Assembly (NCBI GenBank): GCA_963724385.1
Contig: CAVRUJ010000001.1
Location: 1,154,896 to 1,218,895 of the forward strand
DNA: 64,000 bases
Direction: 5' to 3'
DNA from: an uncultured Alphaproteobacteria bacterium
Lineage (GTDB): Bacteria > Pseudomonadota > Alphaproteobacteria > Dongiales > Dongiaceae
The notes below the pieces were generated by a model. That model had not been told where the DNA came from. It searched no databases and saw only the letters and a list, made by a program, of their open reading frames with translations. Numbering within the stretch: position 1 is the first letter of the stretch; every line of letters begins with the position of its first letter. Shown here piece by piece: positions 27,773 through 36,644 of this stretch. The translations under genes were made by a program, and so were the position numbers.

Positions 27773-28861
27773 ATGTCGCAGAAGGTCGGGGAAATGGGAC
27801 TCGCGCGCGGATGTGCCGTCCTGATCGTTGCTTTGGCTTTGGGCGCTTGCGCATCGGCGCCGGCTAGGGCGCCCAAGACGCAGGCCGCGAGTGCCGCGAC
27901 ATCCGCGAGCCCGGCTGCCCCGACGGTCGCCGCGGGCCCCGCATTCGATGCCTGGCTCGCCGGCCTGCGCCAGGAGGCCGCGGCCCGAGGAATTTCCAAT
28001 CCCACTTTGGACGCGGCGCTCAAGGGGCTGCAGCCGATCCAGGAGATCATCGATCTCGAGCACAAGCAGCCGGAGCGGACGATGACCTTCGCCGAGTATC
28101 GTTCCCGCGTGGTCAGTGACCAGCGGGTGGCCAAGGGCCAGGAGATGCTGGCGGAGTACAGGCCGATGCTGGAAAAGGTCGCGGCGACCTACGGCGTGCA
28201 GCCGCAGTTCATCGTCGCGCTCTGGGGCGTGGAATCCGACTATGGCCGCTACACCGGGGGCTATCCGGTGATCGGCGCGTTGGCCACGCTGGCGTACGGC
28301 GGCGAGCGCCAGGACATGTTCCGCAAGGAGTTGATCGACGCGCTACGCATCGTGGACGAGAAGGACGTCCAGCCCGAGGCCATGACCGGCTCCTGGGCCG
28401 GCGCCATGGGCCAATGCCAGTTCCTGCCTTCGACCTTCCTCGGCTATGCCGTCGATTTCGACGGATCGGGCCGGCGCGACATCTGGGCCGACCAGGCCAA
28501 CGTCTTCGCCTCGATCGCCAACTACCTCGCGAGCCTGCAATGGAACGCCGGCCAGAGCTGGGGCTGGGAAGTCCGCCTGCCCGCGGGGATTGACGAAAAC
28601 CTGATCGGCCTCAAGGTCCAGAAGCAGGCCTCGGAATGGCAGGCGCTCGGCGTCCGCAATCTCGACGGCAGCAAGCTCGCCGCCATGGACGTGCCGCTCT
28701 CGCTCATTGCACCCGACGGCCCAAGCGGGCCCGGCTATCTCGTCTATCCCAATTTCCAAGCCGTCATGAAGTGGAACCGGTCGACCTATTTCGCGACCAC
28801 GGTCGGCCTGCTGGCTGATCGCATCGCCAAGGTCCAGGCCTCGGCGCTGTCGGGCAGTTGA
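27773..28861 (+). CDS. lytic murein transglycosylase (MltB-like), probable lipoprotein
   Basis: Trimmed to the ATG at 27773. The lipobox is LALGAC. It has WGVESDYG and GAMGQCQFLPSTF motifs. Confidence 0.85.
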   Translation: MSQKVGEMGLARGCAVLIVALALGACASAPARAPKTQAASAATSASPAAPTVAAGPAFDAWLAGLRQEAAARGISNPTLDAALKGLQPIQEIIDLEHKQPERTMTFAEYRSRVVSDQRVAKGQEMLAEYRPMLEKVAATYGVQPQFIVALWGVESDYGRYTGGYPVIGALATLAYGGERQDMFRKELIDALRIVDEKDVQPEAMTGSWAGAMGQCQFLPSTFLGYAVDFDGSGRRDIWADQANVFASIANYLASLQWNAGQSWGWEVRLPAGIDENLIGLKVQKQASEWQALGVRNLDGSKLAAMDVPLSLIAPDGPSGPGYLVYPNFQAVMKWNRSTYFATTVGLLADRIAKVQASALSGS

Positions 28862-28882
28862 ACCGGCGGAGAGCCGCCGGGA

Positions 28883-29341
28883 TCACGATCCCCGCGAAAA
28901 GCCTGGGTGGGCGGCTTTCTTCTGGCTCAGACGATAAACCAGGGCGGTCCCCAGCCCCCAAAGCCCGTTGATCGCAAAGCCGAGGACGATGCGGCGAAGA
29001 TCCATCCAGTCGGCCAGATTGCTGCCCTTGATCGGCGTTACCACCAAGGCTGCAACCAGGGTCGGCATGACGCCGCCGAAGAGGACGGCGAACCACAGCC
29101 GATCCAATTCCCGCCGCCGGTCCATAAGGCTAACAAGGACGATGCCCCAAACTCCGCCCCAGAAGGCCAGCGAGATGAACTGCGGCACGCCGAAGGGCGG
29201 CACGGGTCGCGTCGAATAGGGCGCGAAGGGAACCAGCCCCAGCCCATGCAAGACCAGCAGGAAGGTTTGGTGAAACAGGAGCGTGCCGACGACGCCACCG
29301 ACGAAGCCGATCAGCCCTATGCGCAAGCTGCGATTGCCCAT
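28883..29341 (-). CDS. integral membrane hypothetical protein
   Basis: Trimmed to the ATG at 29341 (MGNRSLRIGLIGFVGGVVG...). Four hydrophobic segments. Confidence 0.55.
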   Translation of the reverse strand: MGNRSLRIGLIGFVGGVVGTLLFHQTFLLVLHGLGLVPFAPYSTRPVPPFGVPQFISLAFWGGVWGIVLVSLMDRRRELDRLWFAVLFGGVMPTLVAALVVTPIKGSNLADWMDLRRIVLGFAINGLWGLGTALVYRLSQKKAAHPGFSRGS

Positions 29342-29512
29342 GGCGGGTCTCCTTCCGATTTCGTCTGGCAAGAGACAAGCAGGAACTGGCCCATCTCGCC
29401 AATTACGCCTGCGTTATCTTGGGCGGCAGCGGCCGGGATCGGGCAGAAGGAGCTTCCGGCCCTAGGCCCCGCCCTCTATACTGCCCGCCGCGCAGCCCGT
29501 CTGAGGATAAAA

Positions 29513-30277
29513 ATGAAGCGTTGTCAAGGGGTTATGGTCCTGCTTGCCGGCCTCGTCCTGGTCCTGCCGGGAAGCTTGATGGCGCAGACCGCAACGAGCC
29601 AGACGACGCCTGCCCAGGCGCCGTCGCCTCTCGACCCGATCGCCCAGGCATGCTCGAACGATCCCAACCCGGACAGGCGGATCGCGGCCTGCAACCAGCT
29701 CATTGCCGCCCTTCCCAAGGGCGACCCAAGGATTTACCGGATCTTGGATGCCCGCGGCGTCGCTTACTTTTCCAAGGGCGAGGTCGACCACGCGATCCTC
29801 GACTATGACGCGGCCATCAAGCTGAACCCGAGGGATCCCGTCGCCTACAACAACCGCGCCTTTGCGCATTTCGCCCAGAGCCAGCTCGATCTGGCGATCC
29901 AGGACTATAATTCCGCCATCGCGATCGCCCCGAAGGACAGCGTCGCCTACACCAACAGAGGCTACGTCTATTTCACGGCCGGCATGCAGGGCCAGGCGAT
30001 CCAGGATTTCAGCACGGCCATCAAGATCAGCCCGCAGTATATCGACGCCTATCACCAGCGAGGCGTGGCCTACTACATACTGGGCAAATACGCGCCGGCT
30101 TATGCCGACTTCAATTCGGCCCTCAAGCTCAACCCCAAGGAGGCGGACTCGTATTATTTGCGCTCCTTGGCAGGCCGCAAGCTCGGCCGGCTGAGCGATG
30201 CGGATCGCGACCTGGCAACCGCGCGCCAGCTTGATCCCCATATCGAAGCCGAGATGGGCAAGATCGGCCTCAAGTGA
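29513..30277 (+). CDS. secreted tetratricopeptide-repeat protein
   Basis: ATG at 29513 (MKRCQGVMVLLAGLVLVLPGSLMA). It has repeated AYxNRGxxYxxxGxxDxAIxDYxxAIxLxP units. Confidence 0.8.
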   Translation: MKRCQGVMVLLAGLVLVLPGSLMAQTATSQTTPAQAPSPLDPIAQACSNDPNPDRRIAACNQLIAALPKGDPRIYRILDARGVAYFSKGEVDHAILDYDAAIKLNPRDPVAYNNRAFAHFAQSQLDLAIQDYNSAIAIAPKDSVAYTNRGYVYFTAGMQGQAIQDFSTAIKISPQYIDAYHQRGVAYYILGKYAPAYADFNSALKLNPKEADSYYLRSLAGRKLGRLSDADRDLATARQLDPHIEAEMGKIGLK

Positions 30278-30320
30278 CGAATCCAAGCTTCGCGTTGGCG
30301 CGATCGCCGCTCTCGCGCCT

Positions 30321-30430
30321 AATACCGACTTTCGTAGAAAGTCGGTACATCGTCTTGAGTTTCAGTATCGGATTCACGCAGAAATTCGCGACAATGCCCC
30401 GAGTTCACGAATTTCTGCGATCCGATACTG
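30321..30430 (+). repeat. REP/MITE-like structured intergenic repeat, copy 2
   Basis: It contains the perfect hairpin TACCGACTTTC gta GAAAGTCGGTA, then CGGATTCACGCAGAAATTCG...CACGAATTTCTGCGATCCG. It aligns with 12352..12459. Confidence 0.7.
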
Positions 30431-30539
30431 CACGGGCCGCAATCATCGAAATGCCATGGTCTCGCCATGGCGAGGTCATCGAGCCGGTCTATGAATTCAA
30501 CTCTGAGGCGGCCGAACTCGGCGCCTTGAGGAGGTTCAC

Positions 30540-30668
30540 ATGGCTCGCCTGCGCTTCTGGCTCGGACGCCTAATGGAGGCCCGGCGCGCCGCGCGCGACG
30601 CCCGGCTCTTCGCGCGCATCGTCGACGAGCGGGAAGCGCGCCGGATGACCCTCGATCGGACGGCCTGA
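30540..30668 (+). CDS. 42-aa basic peptide (below the ORF-track cutoff)
   Basis: The ATG at 30540 is preceded by a strong GAGGAGG. The product is MARLRFWLGRLMEARRAARDARLFARIVDEREARRMTLDRTA. Confidence 0.3.
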   Translation: MARLRFWLGRLMEARRAARDARLFARIVDEREARRMTLDRTA

Positions 30669-30718
30669 CGGCAGCCGGCTGGTTGACTGGCCGGACATGG
30701 CCGGCGCAGCATTCGCCG

Positions 30719-30904
30719 ATGAGCAAGAAAGAGCCTGATGAAGCGGCCGCAACGGGTCGGCCAGCCCTGTCCGAGGAAGGCCGTCGTGCTGCCAGGACCA
30801 GAAGCGATCGTCAGGCCGCCGCCTTGCGCGAGAACCTGCTGAAGCGCAAGCGCCAGCAACGGGCCCGTGACAAGGCGCCTGCACCCTTTCCCACCGACAG
30901 CTGA
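30719..30904 (+). CDS. small basic hypothetical protein upstream of murA
   Basis: ORF 30683..30904 trimmed to the ATG at 30719 (MSKKEPDE...LRENLLKRKRQQRARDK). Confidence 0.4.
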   Translation: MSKKEPDEAAATGRPALSEEGRRAARTRSDRQAAALRENLLKRKRQQRARDKAPAPFPTDS

Positions 30905-31017
30905 GGTTTTCGCGCAGCGCCGCCCGGCGCTGGCGCTTGAGGCCCCGACCCGCATCAAGTAGAACCCGAAAGCAGGCTTCCCGCGGCTGAGCCGCGAGAG
31001 GTCGCATCAGGAGACGC

Positions 31018-32304
31018 ATGGACAGAATACGCATTCGCGGCGGCAGTCGCCTCAAAGGCGACATTCCCGTTGGCGGGGCCAAGAACGCGGCCCTGCCGCT
31101 CATGGCCGCAGCCCTCTTGACCGACGAGACGTTGACCCTGGGCAACCTGCCCCATGTGGCCGACATCACCACCATGGCCAATCTGCTCGCCCAGCTCGGC
31201 GTCGAGGTCCATCTCAACGGCCAGGCCGCTAATGGCGGCCATGACGGCCGGGTGCTGGAGCTGAGCGCCCGTCGGATCCTCGAGACCAGGGCGCCTTACG
31301 ACCTGGTGCGCAAGATGCGGGCCTCGGTTCTGGTGCTGGGTCCGCTGGTCGCCCGCTATGGGCGGGCCGAGGTGTCCCTGCCGGGCGGTTGCGCCATCGG
31401 CACCCGGCCAATCGACATTCACCTTCAGGGCCTGCGCCAGCTGGGCGCCGAGATCGAGCTGTCCGAGGGTTATGTGCTCGCCCGCGCGCCCCAGGGTCTC
31501 ACCGGCGGGCGCATCGTGTTTCCCAAGGTGTCCGTGGGCGCGACGGAAAATCTCCTCATGGCCGCGACCTTGGCCAAGGGCGAAAGCGAGCTGGTCAACG
31601 CCGCGCGCGAGCCGGAGATCGGCGATCTCGCCCTTTGCCTCAACCGCATGGGCGCCATGATCGAGGGCATCGGCAGCGACCATCTTCGGGTCCGGGGCGT
31701 GGAGCGCCTGCACGGCGCGGCGCACCAGACGGTTCCCGACCGGATCGAGGCCGGGACCTATGCCATGGCGGCGGCCATCACCGACGGCGAGGTCGAGCTT
31801 CTGGGTGCGCGCCTCGGCCTCATGGGCTCTGTGGTCGAGACCCTGGCCCGCGCCGGAGTGGAGATTTCGGAGACCAACCGCGGCCTCAAGGTCCGCCGGG
31901 CTAATGGCAGGCTGGTCGGCTGCGACGTGATGACCGAGCCGTTCCCAGGCTTTGCCACTGACCTGCAGGCGCAGATGATGGCGACCATGACCACGGCCGA
32001 GGGCGCCGCCATGATCACCGAGACGATCTTCGAGAACCGCTTCATGCATGTGCCGGAGCTCTGCCGCATGGGTGCCAGCATCAACGTCCATGGCGCCTCG
32101 GCCATGGTGCGCGGCGTGACGCGGCTGACTGGGGCCCCGGTCATGGCGACCGACCTGCGGGCCTCGGTCTCCCTGGTGCTGGCGGGCCTGGTGGCCGAGG
32201 GGGACACCATCCTCAATCGCGTCTACCACCTGGACCGGGGCTACGAGCGCCTGACCGAGAAGCTCGCCGCCTGCGGGGCCGAGATCGAGCGGCTCAAGGG
32301 CTGA
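31018..32304 (+). CDS. murA: UDP-N-acetylglucosamine 1-carboxyvinyltransferase
   Basis: [35 protein letters not shown]... 428 aa, with full-length colinearity to MurA. Confidence 0.95.
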   Translation: MDRIRIRGGSRLKGDIPVGGAKNAALPLMAAALLTDETLTLGNLPHVADITTMANLLAQLGVEVHLNGQAANGGHDGRVLELSARRILETRAPYDLVRKMRASVLVLGPLVARYGRAEVSLPGGCAIGTRPIDIHLQGLRQLGAEIELSEGYVLARAPQGLTGGRIVFPKVSVGATENLLMAATLAKGESELVNAAREPEIGDLALCLNRMGAMIEGIGSDHLRVRGVERLHGAAHQTVPDRIEAGTYAMAAAITDGEVELLGARLGLMGSVVETLARAGVEISETNRGLKVRRANGRLVGCDVMTEPFPGFATDLQAQMMATMTTAEGAAMITETIFENRFMHVPELCRMGASINVHGASAMVRGVTRLTGAPVMATDLRASVSLVLAGLVAEGDTILNRVYHLDRGYERLTEKLAACGAEIERLKG

Positions 32305-32306
32305 CC

Positions 32307-32813
32307 ATGGCCGACGGCCTGAAGCTGCGCGCGCGGGATGCCGCCGACCTGGAAACCATCGCGGCCTGCGTCCAGGACGCCCTGGTGCCGCTCGCCGACA
32401 TGCAGTATTTGCCCAGGGAGCGGCGCTTTGCCCTGATGCTGAACCGGTTCCGCTGGGAAGCCGTCCCCGTCGGCGCGCCCCAGCCGGTGGCGCCGGACCG
32501 GCCGGCCATCGAGGGCGACGCGGCCTATGCCGATGCGTCCGGCCGGGGTCTCGAGCGCGTCCACGCGGCCCTCGTTTTCGACCGGGTGCGAAGCGTCAAG
32601 CGCCGGGGCCTGGCCGAGGCTGCCCGGGGCGGGATGCTTTCGCTTCTCACCCTCGGCCTCGCGGGCAGAGAGGTCGTCATCTCCTTTGCCGGGGGTGCCG
32701 CGGTCAGGCTGGAGGTCGATCAACTGTCCTGTCATCTCGAGGACCTGGGTGAGGCCTGGCCGACCGTGTGGCGGCCCCGGCACGGCGAAGACGAAGCGGC
32801 CGGGAAGGAATGA
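32307..32813 (+). CDS. DUF2948-family protein
   Basis: [24 protein letters not shown]...[11 protein letters not shown]. Its position after murA is typical of alphaproteobacteria. Confidence 0.75.
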   Translation: MADGLKLRARDAADLETIAACVQDALVPLADMQYLPRERRFALMLNRFRWEAVPVGAPQPVAPDRPAIEGDAAYADASGRGLERVHAALVFDRVRSVKRRGLAEAARGGMLSLLTLGLAGREVVISFAGGAAVRLEVDQLSCHLEDLGEAWPTVWRPRHGEDEAAGKE

Positions 32814-33496
32814 CGGGCGCGCGCAAGACGCGCCGGCAGATGGCGGAGCCGCTGATCCTGGCCCTGCCGAAAGGCCGGATCCTCGCCGAGGTGCTGCCGC
32901 TCTTGGCCCGCGCCGGGATCGTGCCGGAACCAGAATTTGCCGACGAGGAAAGCAGGCGCCTGCGCTTCAGCAGCAACCGGCCGGAGATCGAGATCATCCG
33001 GGTGCGCAGCTTCGACGTCGCGACCTTCGTTGCCTTCGGCGCCGCGGCATTGGGCGTGGTCGGCAGCGACGTGCTGATGGAGTTCGACTATCCCGAGGTC
33101 TACGCCCCGGTCGATCTCAAGGTGGGCCGGTGCCGCCTGGCCGTGGCCGAGCCCGCTTCGCTGTCCCGGGATGATGATCCCTCCCGCTGGAGCCATATCC
33201 GGGTGGCGACCAAATACCCCGCGATCACGCGCCGGCATTTTGCCGCCCGGGGGGTCCAGGCCGAATGCATCCGGCTGTCCGGCGCCATGGAGCTGGCGCC
33301 CGGCCTCGGCCTCTGCCAGCGCATCGTCGACCTGGTCGCGACCGGCAGCACGCTCAAGGCCAATCGCCTGGTCGAGGTCGAGCCCATCGCCGAGGTGACC
33401 GCGCGGCTGGTGGTGAACCGGGCCCGCTTCAAGACCGATCCCGAGCGGGTCGGGGCCTGGGTCGAGCGCATCCGCGAGGCGGTCGATGCCCGCTGA
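32810..33496 (+). CDS. hisG: ATP phosphoribosyltransferase (short form)
   Basis: The ATG at 32810 overlaps the preceding stop. It has [26 protein letters not shown] and [14 protein letters not shown] motifs. Confidence 0.85.
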   Translation: MTGARKTRRQMAEPLILALPKGRILAEVLPLLARAGIVPEPEFADEESRRLRFSSNRPEIEIIRVRSFDVATFVAFGAAALGVVGSDVLMEFDYPEVYAPVDLKVGRCRLAVAEPASLSRDDDPSRWSHIRVATKYPAITRRHFAARGVQAECIRLSGAMELAPGLGLCQRIVDLVATGSTLKANRLVEVEPIAEVTARLVVNRARFKTDPERVGAWVERIREAVDAR

Positions 33497-33974
33497 GGGC
33501 GGGGATGCCGGCCGCCGCATCGCCAAGGTGACCCTGGACGAGAGGACCGTCGTCCGGCGCAGCCCCGAAGTGGAGCATGAGCGCGCGGTCGCCATCTTCG
33601 ACCTGATCGAGGAAAACCATTTCGCCCCGGTGGGCGATCACGGCGGACCCTACAGCCTCCATCTCGGCATCGAGGAGAACCGTCTCGTCCTCGATATCCG
33701 GACCGAAGCGGACGAGCCGCTGGGCAAGGTGATCCTCGCCCTCTCGCCCTTCCGGCGGATCGTCAAGGACTACTTCACCGTCTGCGAGAGCTACTACCAC
33801 GCCATCAAGACCGCTTCGCCCTCCCAGATCGAGGCCATCGACATGGGCCGTCGCGGGCTGCATGACGAGGGCGCGGTGCTCTTGCGCGAGCGCCTGGCCG
33901 GCAAGATCGAGCTGGATCCGAACACGGCGCGCCGGCTGTTCACCCTCATCTGCGTCCTGCATATCAGGGGCTGA
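33486..33974 (+). CDS. UPF0262-family protein
   Basis: [21 protein letters not shown]...[19 protein letters not shown]. Confidence 0.8.
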   Translation: MPAEGGDAGRRIAKVTLDERTVVRRSPEVEHERAVAIFDLIEENHFAPVGDHGGPYSLHLGIEENRLVLDIRTEADEPLGKVILALSPFRRIVKDYFTVCESYYHAIKTASPSQIEAIDMGRRGLHDEGAVLLRERLAGKIELDPNTARRLFTLICVLHIRG

Positions 33975-33978
33975 CCGG

Positions 33979-34422
33979 GTGCTCGACCTTCCGGGCAGCG
34001 TCCTCTTCTGCTGCACGATGAACGCGCTGCGCTCGCCCATGGCCGAGGCGATGCTGAAGCATTTGCATGGCCGGCGGATCTATGTCGATTCCGCGGGCCT
34101 GCGCATCGGTCCGGTCGACGAATTCGCCGTCGCGGTGATGGAGGAGATCGGCATGGATATCTCCAAGCACCATCCCAAGACCTTCGAGCAGCTCGAAGAC
34201 GGCTCCTTCGATCTCATCGTTTCGCTCTCGCCCGAGGCCCAGCATCACGCCGTCGAGATGACCCGCGTCATGGCCTGCAACGTCGAATTCTGGAACACCT
34301 TGGATCCGAGCTTCGTCGAAGGAAGCCGTGAGACCCGTCTCGAGGCCTATCGCCAAGTGCGCGACCAACTCATGCGCCGGATCCTCGCCCGGTTCCCCGT
34401 GCCCGGAGCGCCGGGCGTCTAG
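33979..34422 (+). CDS. low-molecular-weight phosphotyrosine phosphatase / ArsC-like family protein
   Basis: GTG at 33979. [18 protein letters not shown] corresponds to the CX5R(S/T) P-loop. Confidence 0.75.
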   Translation: MLDLPGSVLFCCTMNALRSPMAEAMLKHLHGRRIYVDSAGLRIGPVDEFAVAVMEEIGMDISKHHPKTFEQLEDGSFDLIVSLSPEAQHHAVEMTRVMACNVEFWNTLDPSFVEGSRETRLEAYRQVRDQLMRRILARFPVPGAPGV

Positions 34423-34457
34423 ACCATGTTTCGATCCGATTGAATCGAAACATGGTC
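34422..34457 (+). terminator. perfect 14-bp palindromic hairpin at the end of the LMW-PTP gene
   Basis: GACCATGTTTCGAT ccgattga ATCGAAACATGGTC. The left arm begins in the TAG stop. A short T-containing stretch (CAGATTCTTCC) follows. It could equally be a REP-type element. Confidence 0.4.
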
Positions 34458-34625
34458 CAGATTCTTCCGTCTGGTCGCATTATCTACGCCGAACCGGTGC
34501 CCACTTCGGCGGAAAATGCTCCAGGCCCCGACAGGCCTTTTGGAAGCGTTTGTCGCTTTACCGCCGAGCCGCTAATATCCGCGCCCGGCGCGCCGGCCTT
34601 CGGCGAGGGGATGCTAGGGATAAGG

Positions 34626-34844
34626 ATGGCCAAGGAAGACTTGATCGAATTCGCGGGCACGGTGCTGGAGCTGCTGCCCAATGCCATGTTCCGGGTCAAG
34701 CTCGACAACGACCACACGGTGCTGGCCCACACCTCGGGCAAAATGCGCAAGAACCGAATCCGGGTTCTCGCCGGGGACCGCGTCAATGTCGAGATGACGC
34801 CCTACGACCTGACCAAGGGCCGGATCACGTTCCGCTTCAAATAG
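34626..34844 (+). CDS. infA: translation initiation factor IF-1
   Basis: [72 protein letters not shown], 72 aa. The track ORF's 62-aa N-terminal extension is read-through of the leader. Confidence 0.95.
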   Translation: MAKEDLIEFAGTVLELLPNAMFRVKLDNDHTVLAHTSGKMRKNRIRVLAGDRVNVEMTPYDLTKGRITFRFK

Positions 34845-34861
34845 CCGGGCCGGCCGAAGTC

Positions 34862-35443
34862 TTGGCTTCCGCCGTCCCGCTGATCCTCGCCTCCGCCTCT
34901 CCGCGCCGGCTCGAGCTTCTGCATCAGATCGGCATCCGGCCTGACAGGATCGTGCCGGCGGAGATCGACGAGACGCCTCTGCGGGGCGAGCTGCCGGTGG
35001 CCTACGCCAGGCGCGTTGCTGCCGCCAAGGCCGTGACAGTCGTTGCCCGCCATCCCGGCGCTTTCGTGCTTGCCGCCGATACCGTGGTCGCCTGCGGCCG
35101 GCGCATCCTGCCCAAGGCCGAGGACGAGGCGACGGCGCGGGCCTGCCTTTCGCTCCTCTCCGGCCGGCGGCACCGGGTGCTGGGGGCGGTGGAGCTGGTC
35201 GCGCCGGACGGCAGACTCAGCCGGCGTCTGGTGACGACTGTCGTGCGATTCAATCGCCTGACGGCCGAGGAGATCGCAGGCTACCTCGCGTCGGGCGAGT
35301 GGCAGGGCAAGGCTGGCGGTTACGCCATCCAGGGGAGGGCCGCCGCCTTCGCCCCGGCCATAATCGGTTCCTATTCCAATGTGGTCGGCCTGCCTCTGGC
35401 CGAGACCTCGGCCATGCTTCGGGGCCTCGGATACCGGTCATGA
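34862..35443 (+). CDS. maf: Maf-family nucleoside triphosphate pyrophosphatase
   Basis: In-frame TTG at 34862. It has LILASASPRRLELL and GKAGGYAIQG motifs. Confidence 0.8.
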   Translation: MASAVPLILASASPRRLELLHQIGIRPDRIVPAEIDETPLRGELPVAYARRVAAAKAVTVVARHPGAFVLAADTVVACGRRILPKAEDEATARACLSLLSGRRHRVLGAVELVAPDGRLSRRLVTTVVRFNRLTAEEIAGYLASGEWQGKAGGYAIQGRAAAFAPAIIGSYSNVVGLPLAETSAMLRGLGYRS

Positions 35444-36363
35444 GCCGGCGGCTTCTTGTCGCCGGCGAAAGCGGGCCCTTGCGGGCCGCGTTGCTGGACG
35501 CCGCGGGGCGCCTCGAAGGATTCTGGCAGTTCGGGCCGGCCTCCGCGAGCCTGATCGGAGATCGCTTCTTTGGCCGGGTCGCTGCGATCGATCGCGGGCT
35601 CGACGCGGCCTTCGTGGACATCGGCTTGGGCAAACCCGGGTTCCTGCCCCTGTCACGCGCCCCGTCGCCGCCGGTGGAGGGTCAGAGCCTTCAGGTCGAA
35701 GTGACCCGCGATCCCCATGACGGCAAGGGCGCCCGGTTGACGGCGAGAATTGCCGATCCGTCGAAGCCGCCTGCCGGCGCAAGGCCGCCGCTGCGTCTTG
35801 CCAAGGGCGACCCCTTGGGCCGGCTCCTGAGGCGGCTTGGTGCGCTCGCGGTCGAGGTGGATACCCGGCGTCTTGCCGAATCCCTGGCGGCCATGGTCGC
35901 CGGCGCTCCGGACATTGGCGTGCGCCATCGGCCGCAGCGCGAATGGGATCGCTCCATGGCTGACATCGAGATCGAGCTCGCCGAGGCTCTCGAGCCGCGC
36001 GTCGAGCTGCCTTCCGGCGGCTGGCTCTTGTTCGAGCCCTGCCGGACGCTGACCGTGATCGACGTCAACAGCGGCACGGCGCAAGGTGGCGACGGGGAGC
36101 TGAGCCGGCTCAAGACCGATCTCGAAGCGGCGCGGGCCATCGCCCGCCAGTTGCGCCTGCGCCATATCGGCGGCATCGTCGTCATCGACTTCATCGACCT
36201 CGACCGGCCGGACCACCGCCGCCAACTGGTCGAAGGCCTGCGCCAGGCTCTCGCCGACGACTGGGAGCCTTGCCAGGCCGGCGCCATGTCGCGCCTCGGC
36301 CTGGTCGAGATGACGAGGCGGCGCAGCGGCCCGACCCTGACCGAGATGCGAGGAGAGGAATGA
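35440..36363 (+). CDS. ribonuclease E/G-family protein (short form)
   Basis: The ATG at 35440 overlaps the maf stop. It has AFVDIGLGKPGFL, LTVIDVNSG and GGIVVIDFIDL motifs. Confidence 0.8.
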   Translation: MSRRLLVAGESGPLRAALLDAAGRLEGFWQFGPASASLIGDRFFGRVAAIDRGLDAAFVDIGLGKPGFLPLSRAPSPPVEGQSLQVEVTRDPHDGKGARLTARIADPSKPPAGARPPLRLAKGDPLGRLLRRLGALAVEVDTRRLAESLAAMVAGAPDIGVRHRPQREWDRSMADIEIELAEALEPRVELPSGGWLLFEPCRTLTVIDVNSGTAQGGDGELSRLKTDLEAARAIARQLRLRHIGGIVVIDFIDLDRPDHRRQLVEGLRQALADDWEPCQAGAMSRLGLVEMTRRRSGPTLTEMRGEE

Positions 36364-36602
36364 GCGACAAGATCGCCGATCTGGCGGCGCGCCGGTCTGC
36401 CAGCCGGGAGTCCGGTGGCCGGGCCAAGCCACGCCGATGCCCTGTCTGCGGCAAGCCGGCGCAGGAGCGGACACGGCCCTTCTGCTCGGAGCGCTGCCGC
36501 CAGATCGACCTCGACCGTTGGCGCAGCGAGGCCTACCGCGTCCCGACCGAAGAAGCGCCGAGCCAGGAAGGCGTCATTCCATCGAAGGAGGACGACACAT
36601 GA
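36360..36602 (+). CDS. yacG: DNA gyrase inhibitor YacG (zinc ribbon)
   Basis: The ATG at 36360 overlaps the preceding stop. CPVCGKPAQERTRPFCSERCRQIDLDRW. Confidence 0.8.
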   Translation: MSDKIADLAARRSASRESGGRAKPRRCPVCGKPAQERTRPFCSERCRQIDLDRWRSEAYRVPTEEAPSQEGVIPSKEDDT

Positions 36603-36644
36603 CTGCCTTCTCGTGTGCCGAGGTCGAGGAACCGGGCCGCCGAC

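Noticed and set aside
30955-32229. 424-aa minus-strand ORF opposite murA. Similar cases are 37029..38528 opposite the DMGDH-like gene and 17575..18597 opposite the solute-binding protein.
   Set aside because: The opposite strand encodes unmistakable conserved proteins. These are antisense open frames caused by GC3 bias.
34440-34844. 134-aa ORF suggesting an N-terminally extended IF-1
   Set aside because: IF-1 is 72 aa. The canonical MAKEDLIEF start at 34626 has its own RBS. The extension is translated leader sequence immediately after the palindrome.
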